A stretch of DNA of 64,000 nucleotides from Squalus acanthias (taxonomy: Eukaryota): NCBI GenBank assembly GCA_030390025.1, contig CM059438.1, positions 63,490,001-63,554,000 of the forward strand, in the 5' to 3' direction. Below, piece by piece: positions 49,515 to 61,255 of this stretch; position 1 is the first letter of the stretch, and the number at the start of each line of letters is the position of its first letter. The notes under the pieces are model-generated. The model was not told where the DNA came from and ran no database searches. It was given only the letters and a program-made list of their open reading frames with translations. The position numbers and the translations under genes are program-made.

Positions 49515-50333
49515 GCTTTTTTTTTACTGCAGTCACTGTTGTTATGTAGGCTAACCCACAGCAAGATTCTACAAACTGGAATGTACATTTTACATTTATT
49601 TTAATTCCAGAGCTCAGCTATAGGAGGTGACAAATAGTAAATGGCAGGTAAATCACTTATAGGCTGATAAATTATATTAGCAAGATATTCATGAATTGGC
49701 GCTTGAATTAAACCTGTCATATTCAGATTGCTGTTTAAAAACAATCCTAATATTCACAGAAAATGGCACAACTGTTAGTACGGCGAGTAATCACTGTTGA
49801 CTGTAAGATGAGGTGTAAATGTAATAAAGTGACGGATAATTTATGTTAATAGCTGAGGCGTCCGTGGGTGTAATGTGAATGAAACATTTTAGAGTTTATT
49901 GTGGAATGTGAGTGTTTAAACATTATGACATATGTCTATATTATGAATTCCCAGTTGTGTTAGACAGTCCCGAGCTCAGTGAGTCCAACAACACTGCTGT
50001 ACTCGTTGGAAAGGCTCTTAGTACATTCGTAATTGTAAAGCTGAGAATTAGTGAGATCTCGTATTTGAATATTACCGTACTGTGGGTTATACTCTTGCAA
50101 ATTATACTGCTGATAATATTTAAGTGCTGCAGTCATTCCTAAGCCCTTAATTATATGCACTAAAGGGCCTATTCTGCTCAATCCCGCGGGGCGTGCTCTG
50201 TGGGAAATTGCGGACACATGGCCTTTGATTTTCCACCTGTTAGGAAACCACAGACTGTGCGCCCACAAAGCACTGCCTGGGAGCATGGGAGTGTGGAATT
50301 GGCCGCCTTAATAGCCCTGCACAAATGTTTCTG

Positions 50334-50536
50334 TGATGTGGAGATGCCGGTGTTGGACTGGGGTGGACAAATGTGAGAAGTTGCACAACACCAGGTTATA
50401 GTCCAACAGCTTTATTTGAAATCACAAGCTTTCGGAGCGCTGCTCCTTCGTCAGGTACGAAGGAGCAGCGCTCCGAAAGCTTGTGATTTCAAATAAAGCT
50501 GTTGGACTATAACCCGGTGTTGTGCAACTTCTCACA
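50334..50536 (-). mobile_element. Penelope-like element: pLTR with 5' inverted copy
   Basis: ~79-bp near-perfect inverted arms; flanked by direct repeat CACAAATGTTTCTG (50320-50333 and 50533-50546). Confidence 0.85.
50420..50456 (-). ncRNA. Minimal hammerhead ribozyme motif of the Penelope pLTR
   Basis: CUGACGA-A-GGAGC(AGC)GCUCC-GAAA-GCUU: catalytic core boxes with a perfect stem II and palindromic AAGCUU. Confidence 0.7.
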
Positions 50537-50560
50537 AATGTTTCTGAAGTAACGTTCCTG

Positions 50561-51442
50561 CTGATCTTCCACCTTAATCAGGGAGTAATGCCAACTTCCT
50601 TTCGCACTTTTCTCACATTGTGTATCAAGCATCTTGATGCATTCAGTTGTCCTAATCTACCTGAGTGGGTCAACACCATTGTCAATCTGTAAGGTCTTAT
50701 TGATCTCTCAGAGTTCTTGGACAAGACACCAGTAGGCAGCAGCCCAGTATGTTTGAGCAATAGATCAAGACATATTCAGCTTACAGCGTAATATACTTAA
50801 CAACAGGCGATAGTTTAATGAGTAGCTCACAGCTCTTGGTCTCTGGAACCTCTCGGATACAGGTGACGTCGCCTTAAGTTTGTTCCTTTGTTCTCGCAGT
50901 AAGTCTGTGTGAAGTTGTTCTTTTAGTATCGGGGTTTTAACCCTTTTCTTATCAACAGTTGGTTTGGCCAGTGTCCATATATGGTCTTTAACAAAATCAC
51001 CTCTTTTCATAGGTTCTAATGGTCAAAATACCATTGTCACTCAGACTAAGGGTAGCATCTTGGCCACGCCTGGCTCCAGTAATTTTCTAACAACTCTACC
51101 CTGTTCATGGTTATCTTGTTTATACGTTTCTTCACCTTATTGGAATTGACCTTATCTCTCTTATTCCTAGCTTTCCCTGGTACAAGCAGTACAGGCCTGA
51201 TACCAAGGGGCCCACGTCAACGCTGTCTCCCTTGTCTTGACGGTGTCCAGACTATCTCACTTTGATCTACCAGGTGGATACCTTAACTCCCAAGATCTCT
51301 CTCATTTTACGTCTTTTATACTAATTATCTTTCAAATATCTTTACAATTAGTTTTGTTAAGCGAACTCTAATTCCTACTTAGCATTATAATATGTTATTA
51401 GTATTATAATATGTTATTTAACAATTTAACCTTCACTCACAG
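50561..51442 (-). mobile_element. Candidate solo LTR (~880 bp)
   Basis: (C)TG...CA(G) ends, flanking CCTG/CCTG, short tandem duplication at 51385-51417, ATTAAA on the minus strand ~50815. Confidence 0.45.
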
Positions 51443-51784
51443 CCTGTGGCTGTTTGTTATCAGAGCTTAGTCAAAACTGCTTCTGACTGTCACTTGTGGC
51501 TACATTCGAACATTCTTTAACATTTCCATACCCACAGGGAATCATGGGTAAGATTAGTTGGTCAATGGCTACACTTGAATTTATACATATATGATTCCCA
51601 TCTACTATATGGTCTCTAAATATCAGTCTTTCGTACATATGGGATAGTTTTCCCAATGAAATAAGTCCCAGGATTCAAATGGTTCTTTCCGTTACTGTCA
51701 TCTACACGTATGCCTACACTGCAGTGCTTCAAATCAGGGCTTCCTGGATTCAATCCTAGTGTCTATCAAAATGTTTGTGATTAC

Positions 51785-52450
51785 TAATACCACTACTTTT
51801 GTATGACAAGAAAAGCTTACAATGGGATGTCTAGTCTCGAAGGCCTCCTGAGATGCTGAGTGGAGAAATGAGGTGCCTCCCACAGCAGATCTCAGTGGGC
51901 AGGTTGATGTGATGTGTTCCATGGTCTGGGACTCAGGGCCACAGTCGCACTTCGGGTCGTCCCTCATCTTCCACTTGTGGAGCAGGCGGCCGCATCGTCC
52001 AGGCCCTGTGCGGATTGCGTTGAGCGCTGACCACACTGTCTTCGAGGGAGGTCGAAGCCAGGGACCTCTGGGGTCAGTGATGAGGTGCTGTGATTGAGAT
52101 GTATGTTATTGAGCACATCAGATTCAGGCCTAGGTCGCCCTGCTTTATACAATATTTTTGGGGGACTAGGCGACCAGCTGGTTAGGCCACTCACTGCCTT
52201 GTACAAATGGGCGGAACGTGCGCAGCACATGCTCTGCCCACTTGTACCTGACAATTGCAAACAGGGCCCTACAACCGGCAAAGGATCCTGATATGAATAT
52301 ATAAGCAGCCTCCTGCCCACGTGAAAGTTGCATCAGACAGGTCTTGGGTGTACAAGGTGTGGTCGAGGTGTTCCCCTGATTTGCTACTGCTCGATTTTCA
52401 GTCGAGAAACGGGCAGGCGGCAGTTGTAATTCGCCTCCGTTATCTCTTAG
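51785..52450 (-). mobile_element. Vingi-like LINE derivative: 3' end joined to non-coding 5' sequence
   Basis: DP..PGFDLPR, WSALNAIRTGPGRC...KW...PKCDCG.ESQTMEHITSTCP (CCHC zinc knuckle); TCATAC tail. Confidence 0.75.
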
Positions 52451-52470
52451 CTTGTCTCTGTTCTTGAAAT

Positions 52471-53910
52471 GTTGTTTTTTATTCGTTCCTGGGATGTGGG
52501 CGTCGCTGGCAAGGCCAGCATTTATTGCCCATTCCTAATTGCCCTTGAGAAGGTGGTGGTGAGCCGCCTTCTTGAACTGCTGCAGTCCGTGTGGTGAAGG
52601 TATTCCCACAGTGCTGTTAGGGAGGGAGTTCCAGGATTTTGACCCTACGACGATGAAGGAACGGCGATATATTTCCAAGTCAGGATGGTGTGTGACTTGG
52701 AGGGGAAGTTGCAGCTGATGGCGTTCCAATGCACCTGCCGCCCTTGTCCTTCTAGGTGATAGAGGTCACGAGTTTGGGAGGTGCTGCCGAAGAAGCCTTG
52801 GCGAGTTGCTGCAGTGCATCTTGTAGATGGTACACACGGCAGACATATTGCAGCAGTGGTGGAGGGAGTGAATGTTTAAGGTGGTGGATAGGGTGTCAAT
52901 CAAACGGGTTGCTTTGTCCTGGATGGGGTCGAGCTTCTTGAGTGTTGTTGGAACTGCACTCATCCAGGCAAGTGGAGAGTATTCCATCACACTCCTGACT
53001 TGTGCCTTGTAGATGGTGGAAAGGCTTTGGGGAGTCAGGAGGTGAGACACTCACCGCAGAATACCCAGCCTCTGACCTGATCTTGTAGCTACAGCATTTA
53101 TGTGGTTGGTCCAGTTAAGTTTCTGGTCAATGGTGACACCCCAGGATGTTGATGGTGGGGAATTTGGCAATGGTAATGCCGTTGAATGTCAAGGGGCGGT
53201 GGTTAGACTCTCGCTTGTTGGAGATAGTCATTGCCTGGCACTTGTGTGGTGCGAATGTTACCTGCCACTTATCAGACCAAGCCTGAATGTCATCCAGGTC
53301 TTGCTGCATTCGGGCATGGACTGCTTCATTATCTGAGGAGTTGTGAATGGAACTGAACACTGCGCAGTCATCAGCGAACATCCTCACTTCTGACCTTATG
53401 ATGGAGGGAAGGTCATTGATGAAGCAGCTGAAGATGGTTGGGCCGAGGACACTGCCCTGAGGAACTCCTGCAGTGATGTTCTGGGGCTGTGATGATTGAC
53501 TTCCAGCCACCACAACCATCTTCCTTTGTGCTAGGTATGACTCCAGCCAGTGGAGAGTTTTCCCCTGATTCCCATTGACTTCAATTTTACTAGGGCTCCT
53601 TGAGCCACATTCGGTCAAATGTTGCCTTGATGTCAAGGGCAGTCACTCTCACCTCACTTCTGGAATTCAGCTCTTTTGTCCATGTTTGGATCAAGGCTGT
53701 AATTAGGTCTAGAGCCAAGTGGTCCTGGTGGAACCCAAACTGAGCATCGGTGAGCAGGTTATTGGTGAGTATGTGCTGCTTGATAGCACTCTCGGCGACA
53801 CCTTCCATCACTTTGCTGATGATTGAAAGTAGGCTGATGGGGCGGTAATTGGTCGGATTGGATTTGTCCTACTTTCTGTGGACAGGACTTACCTGGGCAG
53901 TTTTCCACAT
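52471..53910 (-). mobile_element. CR1-group (Crack/L2-like) LINE, RT to 3' end
   Basis: [30 protein letters not shown]; same family as 23512 and 44000. Confidence 0.9.
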
Positions 53911-54789
53911 TCAATTGGCTGGCAAACGCGCTGGGCGGGACATAACAAGCCCAATCAGCGTAAAATCATTCTACAGAGCGGGCTGGAGCCAGCAGCGGGG
54001 TTGCGACCCGCCACCAACGTCGCCCGCCACGGACCCACCTCGGTAGGCGAAATCACGGCCTTTGTCTTAAAAATGTCATGGGGAAGGACATTGGTTTTCA
54101 GCTTCCATAGAAAAAAACCAAACTGAAATGTGGAATATGATTCCCAAAACATTGGTGAAAATCCTTAAATCCCACGTAATGTAAAAAGGAATTAAGCTTC
54201 TTTAGTCTGTTGAAAGCAGTGGTCTTGGCCATAGGCCTGTATTCAAGGGCTGTTTTTTGAGCTGTCAGCTTTGTTAGCTGTGTTGAAGCTTTTGCAGGTT
54301 TACCAGGTTGGCACATGTATAGTGCATCATAATCCAATCCTTGGAACAACAACCCTCTCGTTCGACCATGGGACTTTCATGATACTCGATGCTTTAAAGT
54401 TAAATCAAATGCCAACCTGCTGATTGGATTAGCGAAGTAGATTTGTTTATTCGGAATTCATTGATCTTGATCCTTAATCACTATTTACAATTTCATTTCT
54501 CTTCTGCACTTCAGAGCCCCAGATATCGAAGGACTTCAAAAAATGGATAGTTCTAACGCGCTGTAATGAAACCATGCAGTTTGTTTCATTTGTTCAAAGA
54601 CCAGGCTGATTCGAAAAGTTTCTATGTTAATTAGTAACTGGTTGTCATGGTAATGGTTGTACTGGCTCTGAGCGAGGAGGAGGTGGCAGCTTGATTGTGT
54701 TGTATGCTTAACTGTCCCTAAATTTAACTTTGCTTAAGCAAAGCCATGCTGAAAACCATAAACCATTTTGTGTCTACATTCTTAACACT

Positions 54790-55110
54790 TATTATTTATT
54801 TTTTCCAGTTTTTCTCTCCTCCACTGCTCAAGACTCTGATTCGTGCTGGGAGACTGTTCCCAGTGCCATCGACAGCCCTCTGGCACCTCACCCAAATCAT
54901 CCTTATTAGTGTTGGTGGGCTATTGCGCCGTGGAAGGCATCACGCCAGAGCTCAATCCCAATCCTTGGCTGATGTCCACCCGCATGCACTTTTCACCAGG
55001 GGAACCTGGCTAGCCATCAGCAGGGATGATTTTCCCTGTCTAGCCCAGAAGCGCTGAGACCAGTTGCAGTTTCCCTAATGCCACTCCAGTTGGGATCACT
55101 GAACGCCTCC
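54790..55110 (-). mobile_element. Old SINE related to 34240-34535
   Basis: Reverse-complement similarity (CTGCAACTGG.CTCAG...CTGGGCTAG..AGGGAAAATC). Confidence 0.5.
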
Positions 55111-55413
55111 GAATTGGGTAAGAAAAGTTAAACCAATGTGCCCCCATTGAAATATGTTCAAGCCTGTGCACAGCGAGAGACCCGAACCCTTCGAAAACCA
55201 GTTAATTGGGCTCTCCTGTTTTAACAATGTACCGAATTACAGCAAATTTACTGTAGTGACAGCAGAAACGCATTTTGATGTGCAAGAAATTGTGCGTTTG
55301 AAAACTCTGACTGATCTTTCATTCTAAATCCAATTTTGAGTAACAGATTATTCCATGTAACAGGAGCTAATTGTATTAATAAGAGTGAAGTAAATCTGGT
55401 TAAGGCATACATA

Positions 55414-55800
55414 ATCCAGGCTGCCATTCCAGTGCAGTACTGAGTGAGTGCTGCTCTGTCGGAGGTGCTGTCTTTCAGATGAGACGTTAAACCGAGGCCC
55501 CGTCTACTCTCTCAGGTGGATGTGAAAGATGCCACGGCACTATTTCGAAGAAGAGCAGGGGTTGTTATCCCTGGTGTCATGGCCAATATTTATCCCTCAA
55601 CCAACATCACTAAAAACAGTTGATCTGATCATTTATATTATTGCTGTTTGTGGGACCTTGCTGTGTGCAATTTTGGCTGCCGCGTTTCCTACATTACAAC
55701 AGTGACTACACCTCAAAAGTGCTTCATTGGCTGTAAAGCGCTTTGGGACATCCTGAGCTCGTGAAAGGCGCTATATAAATGCACGTCTTCCTTTCTTTTC
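55414..55800 (+). mobile_element. Deu-domain SINE, 5'-truncated
   Basis: Deu core and L2-like tail. Confidence 0.88.
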
Positions 55801-56934
55801 TTCTACATTTGTTATGGAAGAGTTGTTAAAGGAGGAATTTGAAATGCCTGTCGCTGTTGAAAGTGCAATGCAAGCCCTACAGTAATAGGCCAGTTATATC
55901 ACAGATTTTGGATTAATGCAATGTTGATGCCGCTCCACAAGTGGTACAATTCAGGTATGAAGTCCCCAAACTGACTGCACTTTGTATTTTAGCACGTACG
56001 CTGCTTTGGCTTTGCACGGGCTGCAATATGACTACATCTGATGTGAAGCGCAGTTGAACTTCATTTTAACCTTTCAGATGTTAGCAAACATCACCAATTT
56101 AGCTTGTGTGCATGCTGGCGAGCTCTGTCTTCCCAAGTCAGAGAGTATAACTGTGGTCCACCTACCCTACATCGCTCTAAACGGATACTGGTCATTGCCT
56201 TGTGCATGTAGTATAACTGCAGCAGAACCCTGCGATCAATCTGCTCGGGGTCTAGAACTCAGAAAAGAAATTTCTGCTAGTTTCTAAATGATACCAGCAA
56301 AGCAAACATAACGCTCCTGCTGCACCTTTTTATACTTTTGTGTTTGATTATTGTTCCCACCAAACATGACTAAATAAAACCAATTCTTCATCTCACACCA
56401 CTTACGATTGAATGCTCAGTCCAGTGTAGCAACCTGAACTGACACTGAGAAAAAAATAGGAGTCTAAAAGGAGCAAGAGAGACAGAAAATTGCATAATTG
56501 TCAGTATTTTTTATGAAAGCATCAAGAGTGCTTTTCACTTCCCTCTCTTGCCTCCAAGTGTGTTCTCAAAAATATTTTTGCTTTTTCCTTGTTATATTTT
56601 CTCTTTCACTCTTAAACTAACCACCTCTGTCTGCTAAATTCTGTTATTGTTAATCAATGCCTTTCAACATCTTGTCACATCTTCCCCTTTCTTCTTGAAA
56701 TCTGCTGTTCATTATGAGACATCCAGGCTAGTAGCAAAGGCCTCTTTGGTTTTCTCCCATGCTTATATTCTTTATTGAGGTAAGAAATAATGACCTAGAT
56801 TATTACATGCAATATCACAACACACCTGTTGGCCAAAATTATACCTTATCTCAAATATAACTTTTAAATATTTTTCAACTGTTTCTCGCTGTCTTCTGAG
56901 GAGAGTGCTGACAGTAATATTAATATTTAAAAAT

Positions 56935-57115
56935 TTGCTTATGGCACCAAACTATTTAGCCTCACTACTACCTCAGTGGAAATTGTTGGCATGTCAAAGG
57001 ATCTGAACGAGTTAAATTGATGGGCTACAAAATGGCAGTTGGATTTTAATATGGATTAATGTAAAGTAATGCATGTTGGAACAGGAAATGTAAGCCATGT
57101 GTACACATTGAAGGA
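56935..57115 (+). mobile_element. Old CR1 RT fragment
   Basis: DL..L..WA.KWQL.FN...CKVMH.G. Confidence 0.6.
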
Positions 57116-58421
57116 TCAAATCCACCCTGCTTTCTCATCTTATTCAGCCCACAGAGTTCTGTCTTTCAATCCTTCCCTGCAGTATTGTGGATTCCTGAGG
57201 TGGGTCTTCACTGAAGGATGTTGTGATGCATGAAGAGATTCTCATCAATTATCGATCTCTTTCTCTCGAATACAAACATAATTTACAATCTCCGAATCAT
57301 CCGATTTGCCCTCCTGAACCCTCTCCAATGCATTGTTCCAGTCTATGATGTATCAGGGTATTGGTTTATTCCTATCTAGTCATTAAAAATATGAGGTTAA
57401 AAGCCAGGTTCAGACACAGAATGTGGCCCAGCTATTTTCTGAAGCACAAGACAATCAGGAAATAAATGTTATGTCGTGTTCAGCTATCCGAGAAAGAGGC
57501 CAAGTCATTCAATTCGAATACAAACATCTTGTGACTTTTGTTTGATTATATGTTTGATCGGCAGCTTTCTTTTGTCCTGGTGGTTGAAAAAATATTTCTC
57601 AGCCTGTCCCATTCAAGGTGAGGAGAGCAGTGTTGCTGCGAATGGGGGCTCCACGCCAATCTGGTGTACTCCTGCTGACAAAACCAGTAACCGCCTGCGA
57701 TTTAATTTGAATGAAAAATGTTTATCAATCTAAGAAATGCTGTTTGCCCTTTTACGGCTTTATGGACCTGCTCTTGCTTTTTTCAAGCGAGTACGTATTT
57801 GCCCTCTGATTTCTCCGTACCCTTCAGCTGTGCTTCCCTTCAGCTCGTTCCGCCCATCTGTCTCCCAAACTGGCAGCCTCGGGGCCCCATTTACGCTGTA
57901 GCGCTCCGAGTTGCACATTAAAATGCTGGAGCACCTGAAACAGGCAGGCGCTCTGGCCGCCTGGCAGTAGGCCCCTTCCAGTATGCCGGTAGTGGTGGGG
58001 GGAGGGGGGGGGGGGTGCTGGCGTAAAAGGGGCCACAAGTGTTGAAGTCAATAGAAAGGTAAATCGAGGCAGCCGATCCAATACTGCTTGTATATTCGCT
58101 GCAGCCAAACTTGAATTTCCCCCCCCTCCCCCTCCCCTTGCTTCCTGAGATTTTAAGTAGCTATCAGAAATTTTGTAGAGATTCCCTTTTGGTTTTGCCC
58201 TGACACACATTTCGTTCTTTAGGTCTCTGGAGGGGCAGCGATTTAAAACACATCCTTTGCAATATTTATTTTAAGAGCGGAGAGAAAACTCTTAAGAATG
58301 GTTTGAGACTTTTCTTTGGCTGTCGTTACTCCTTCACCACCGCCCCGCCCCCCCACCAGCCCCGTGAGTGGACATCATACCTGCTCATGTGAATTCTGGG
58401 AGATTCTCTCACTGCTAACTT

Positions 58422-58510
58422 ACCTGACGAAGGAGCGAACTGTTCCGAAAGCTTGTAAAATCAAATAAATCTGTTGGACTATAACCTGGTGTTGTGCGAC
58501 TTCTCATTTT
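58422..58510 (+). mobile_element. Penelope pLTR fragment with hammerhead core
   Basis: CTGACGA-A-GGAGC(GAACT)GTTCC-GAAA-GCTT followed by the same sequence as 50480-50536. Confidence 0.8.
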
Positions 58511-58989
58511 TGCTCATGATAAGGCCGTGAATTATGGGCAGCCCTTCATCCGATGCTGCCATTCTTAGCCTATGGAAGAGCGCTGACTGAACCCTGGTAT
58601 TTAGAATAAACTGCAACGGCAGCACTGAAGCCTCGAACAATCAGTCTGAGGGAACAATCCTATACAGATGGGAAATGCTACCAAGTTAATGGAAAAGGAG
58701 TGGATCAGAGTTAGTGCTCCCAACCAACAATATTAATAATCGATTCCTCCTTGTTTTCAAGTTAATCACCTATTACTGAAAATGGAGTGAACTCACAACT
58801 GGTTAACTGGCCCATTCAACAGCTCAGTCTGCACATTTCACAAGCACGTTCGTGCCATTCAGCTGGGCCGTCTGTAAGTAGATTTGTGTCACTGATTCTC
58901 CTGCATGCTGTTCACGTTAACACAGATTAATGAGAACTTTAGGAAGCTGTTACCTCTGTTTATATTATGACATCTTGAATACTCCCACG

Positions 58990-59568
58990 TGTATAATATA
59001 GACCATCAAATAGTGGAAAGGAGGTGGAGGAGCAAATCTGCAAGCAAATTTCAGAAAGATGCAAAAACAATCGAGGAGTGAAAACAAGGGGGACTTCAAT
59101 TACCCTAATATAGACTGGGGAAAAAAAATCAGTGTAAAGGGCAAGGAGGCAGAGGAATTCTTGAAATGTGGACAGGAGAAATTTCTTGATCAGCAGGTTT
59201 CCAGCCCAACGAGGAAGGAAGTAGTGCTGGATCTGGTTCTGGGGAATAAAGTGGGGCAAGTGGAGCATGTTTCAGTGGGGGAGCCTTTGGGAAACAGTGA
59301 TCACAATACCATTAGGTTTAGAGTAGCTATGGAAAGGGACAAGGAACAACCAAAGGTGAAGATTCTCAACTGGAGGAGGGCTAATTTCAGTGAGCTGAAA
59401 AGGAATCTGACCCAGGTGGATTGGAAACAAAAATTGGCAGGTAAAACAGTAAATGTGCAATGGGAGACCTTCAAAGAGGAGATAGTTTGGGTGCAGACAA
59501 GACACATGCTTATAGTGGGGAAAGGAAGGGCATATAAAGCTAGAGATCTCTGGATGACTAAATATATA
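58990..59568 (+). mobile_element. Old CR1 endonuclease fragment
   Basis: GDFNYPNIDW, PTRKEVVLDLVL, LGNSDHN. Confidence 0.88.
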
Positions 59569-60071
59569 GGGGAAAAAATTCGTCCCCTCAGCGTCTCCCA
59601 TTAGCACCAGCAGATTGTGCTAATGGGGCGCTAGAGCATTATCGCCGGGGTGTGGCAAATCCAGTGCTGCACGTCAAATCCCACATGCCCATAGCGCTGC
59701 CGGGAGCAGTTATTGCCGGGAGCCTCAATGCCAGGTGGATCGTGATTCCAGTGAGTGCGCAATGCTCACTGACCACCTGATCTGCGAAATTGATTGTCGC
59801 CACCTGCCTTAGCGCCTGGAGTAAACAGCAACAGGGAGAGCTGGCGTGCAGCAGCAGGAAGCCGGCTCCAGGGATGTTATTTAAAGGGATCATCAGTAAT
59901 GACTCACAGCTGTCAGGTTACTGGTATTTCTGTGGTTTCTTGTCAGTCTCATATGGTTCAACAGTTTAATTCAGTAATTTCAAGGTTATTTTGTATCAGG
60001 AGTGTTGTAGCAACTAAAAAGTAGCTACATTTATTCTTAAAAAAATCAAACTGCTACACTTGGTTACATTA

Positions 60072-61243
60072 ATGGGGGCTGTATTGGCAGCTGACCTCGC
60101 CCTCCAGGATCTATGGTGGAGGGAGCAGAGGCAGCGAGAAAGACAGGAACATATGCCCAGAGGGAGGAGGAGGACCATCAGGGCTCTCAACATGGGGCCT
60201 TACCCTCCGAGGGTATTCCGAGAGCACTTCTCCTACCTCCAACTAAGCAAGGAGCAATTTATTAGAGGGCTCTGCTTTGCCAAGGAGGTGGTCACAGAAC
60301 TCTGTCACCTCCTGCAACCAGACCTCAACCCTCAGATCAGGGCGACCATGGCTCTCCCAGTGGCAGTCAAGGTCACCGCCACCCTCAATTTCTTCACCAG
60401 TGGATCCTTCCAGTCTGCAATAGGAGACATAGCTAACATCTCAGTTTGCCATCCATCGTTGCATCCGGGAGGTCACAGAGGCTCTCTACAGTAGAAGGGA
60501 CTACATTTCCTTCCCCGTGACCAGAGAGAAGTAGGACGAGCTTTGCCAGGATAGCGGGATTCCCCATGGTGCAGGGCGCCATTGACTGCACCCACGTGGC
60601 TTTGTGGGCACTGCATAACAATCCTGAGATCTTCCGTAATCGCAAAGGCTACCACTCACTTAATGTGCAGTTGGTGTGCGACCACAGACAGCGAATCCTG
60701 ACCATCAATGCCCGCTATCCTGGCAGCAGCTACGATGCCTTCATCCTGCGCCAGATCGGTGTGCCAGCTCTCTTCCAGCCGCCACATCAAGATCGCGGCT
60801 GGCTGCTCAGAGACAAGGGCTATCCACTCTCCACCTGGCTCATGACTCCCCTCCACAACCCCAACACTCCTGCCCACACTCATATAATGAGTGCCATGCT
60901 GCCACCAGGAACATCATCGAGCAGACCGTCGGGGTGCTCAAGCAATGGTTCCGCTGCCTTGACCACTCGGGTAGTGCTCTCCAGTACTCGGCTGAGTGGG
61001 TGTCCCATTTTGTGGTGATGTGCTGCATACTCCACAACTTGGCCATCATGAGGGCCCAGCCCTTGCCACCAGGGATTGAGGGACCCCCTCAGGAGGAGGA
61101 AGAGGGAGAACAGGAGGAGGGCGAGGAGGAAGAGGAAGATGAGGATGAGGAGGAGGAGGAGGAAGGAAAAGGAGCGAGGGAGGAGGCAGCCACTCAACTG
61201 GCCTTCCGAAAGGGCGGTCCATGACTGCCTCATCAGACTGCGG
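60072..61243 (+). pseudogene. Harbinger DDE transposase, frameshifted
   Basis: GAIDCTHV, NRKGYHSLNVQLVCD, YPGSSYDAFIL, DKGYPL, RNIIEQTVGVLKQWFRCL. Confidence 0.93.
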
Positions 61244-61255
61244 CCCGTTGCTCAC

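Noticed and set aside
50372..50536. miRNA precursor or MITE
   Set aside because: The arm sequence occurs singly at 58422 and 31588 and carries a hammerhead core, matching Penelope pLTR inversion
54514..54608. Possible host exon after cttcag (similar cases at 7211, 30622 and 56078)
   Set aside because: Short frames ending in stops, no recognisable peptide and no consistent exon chain
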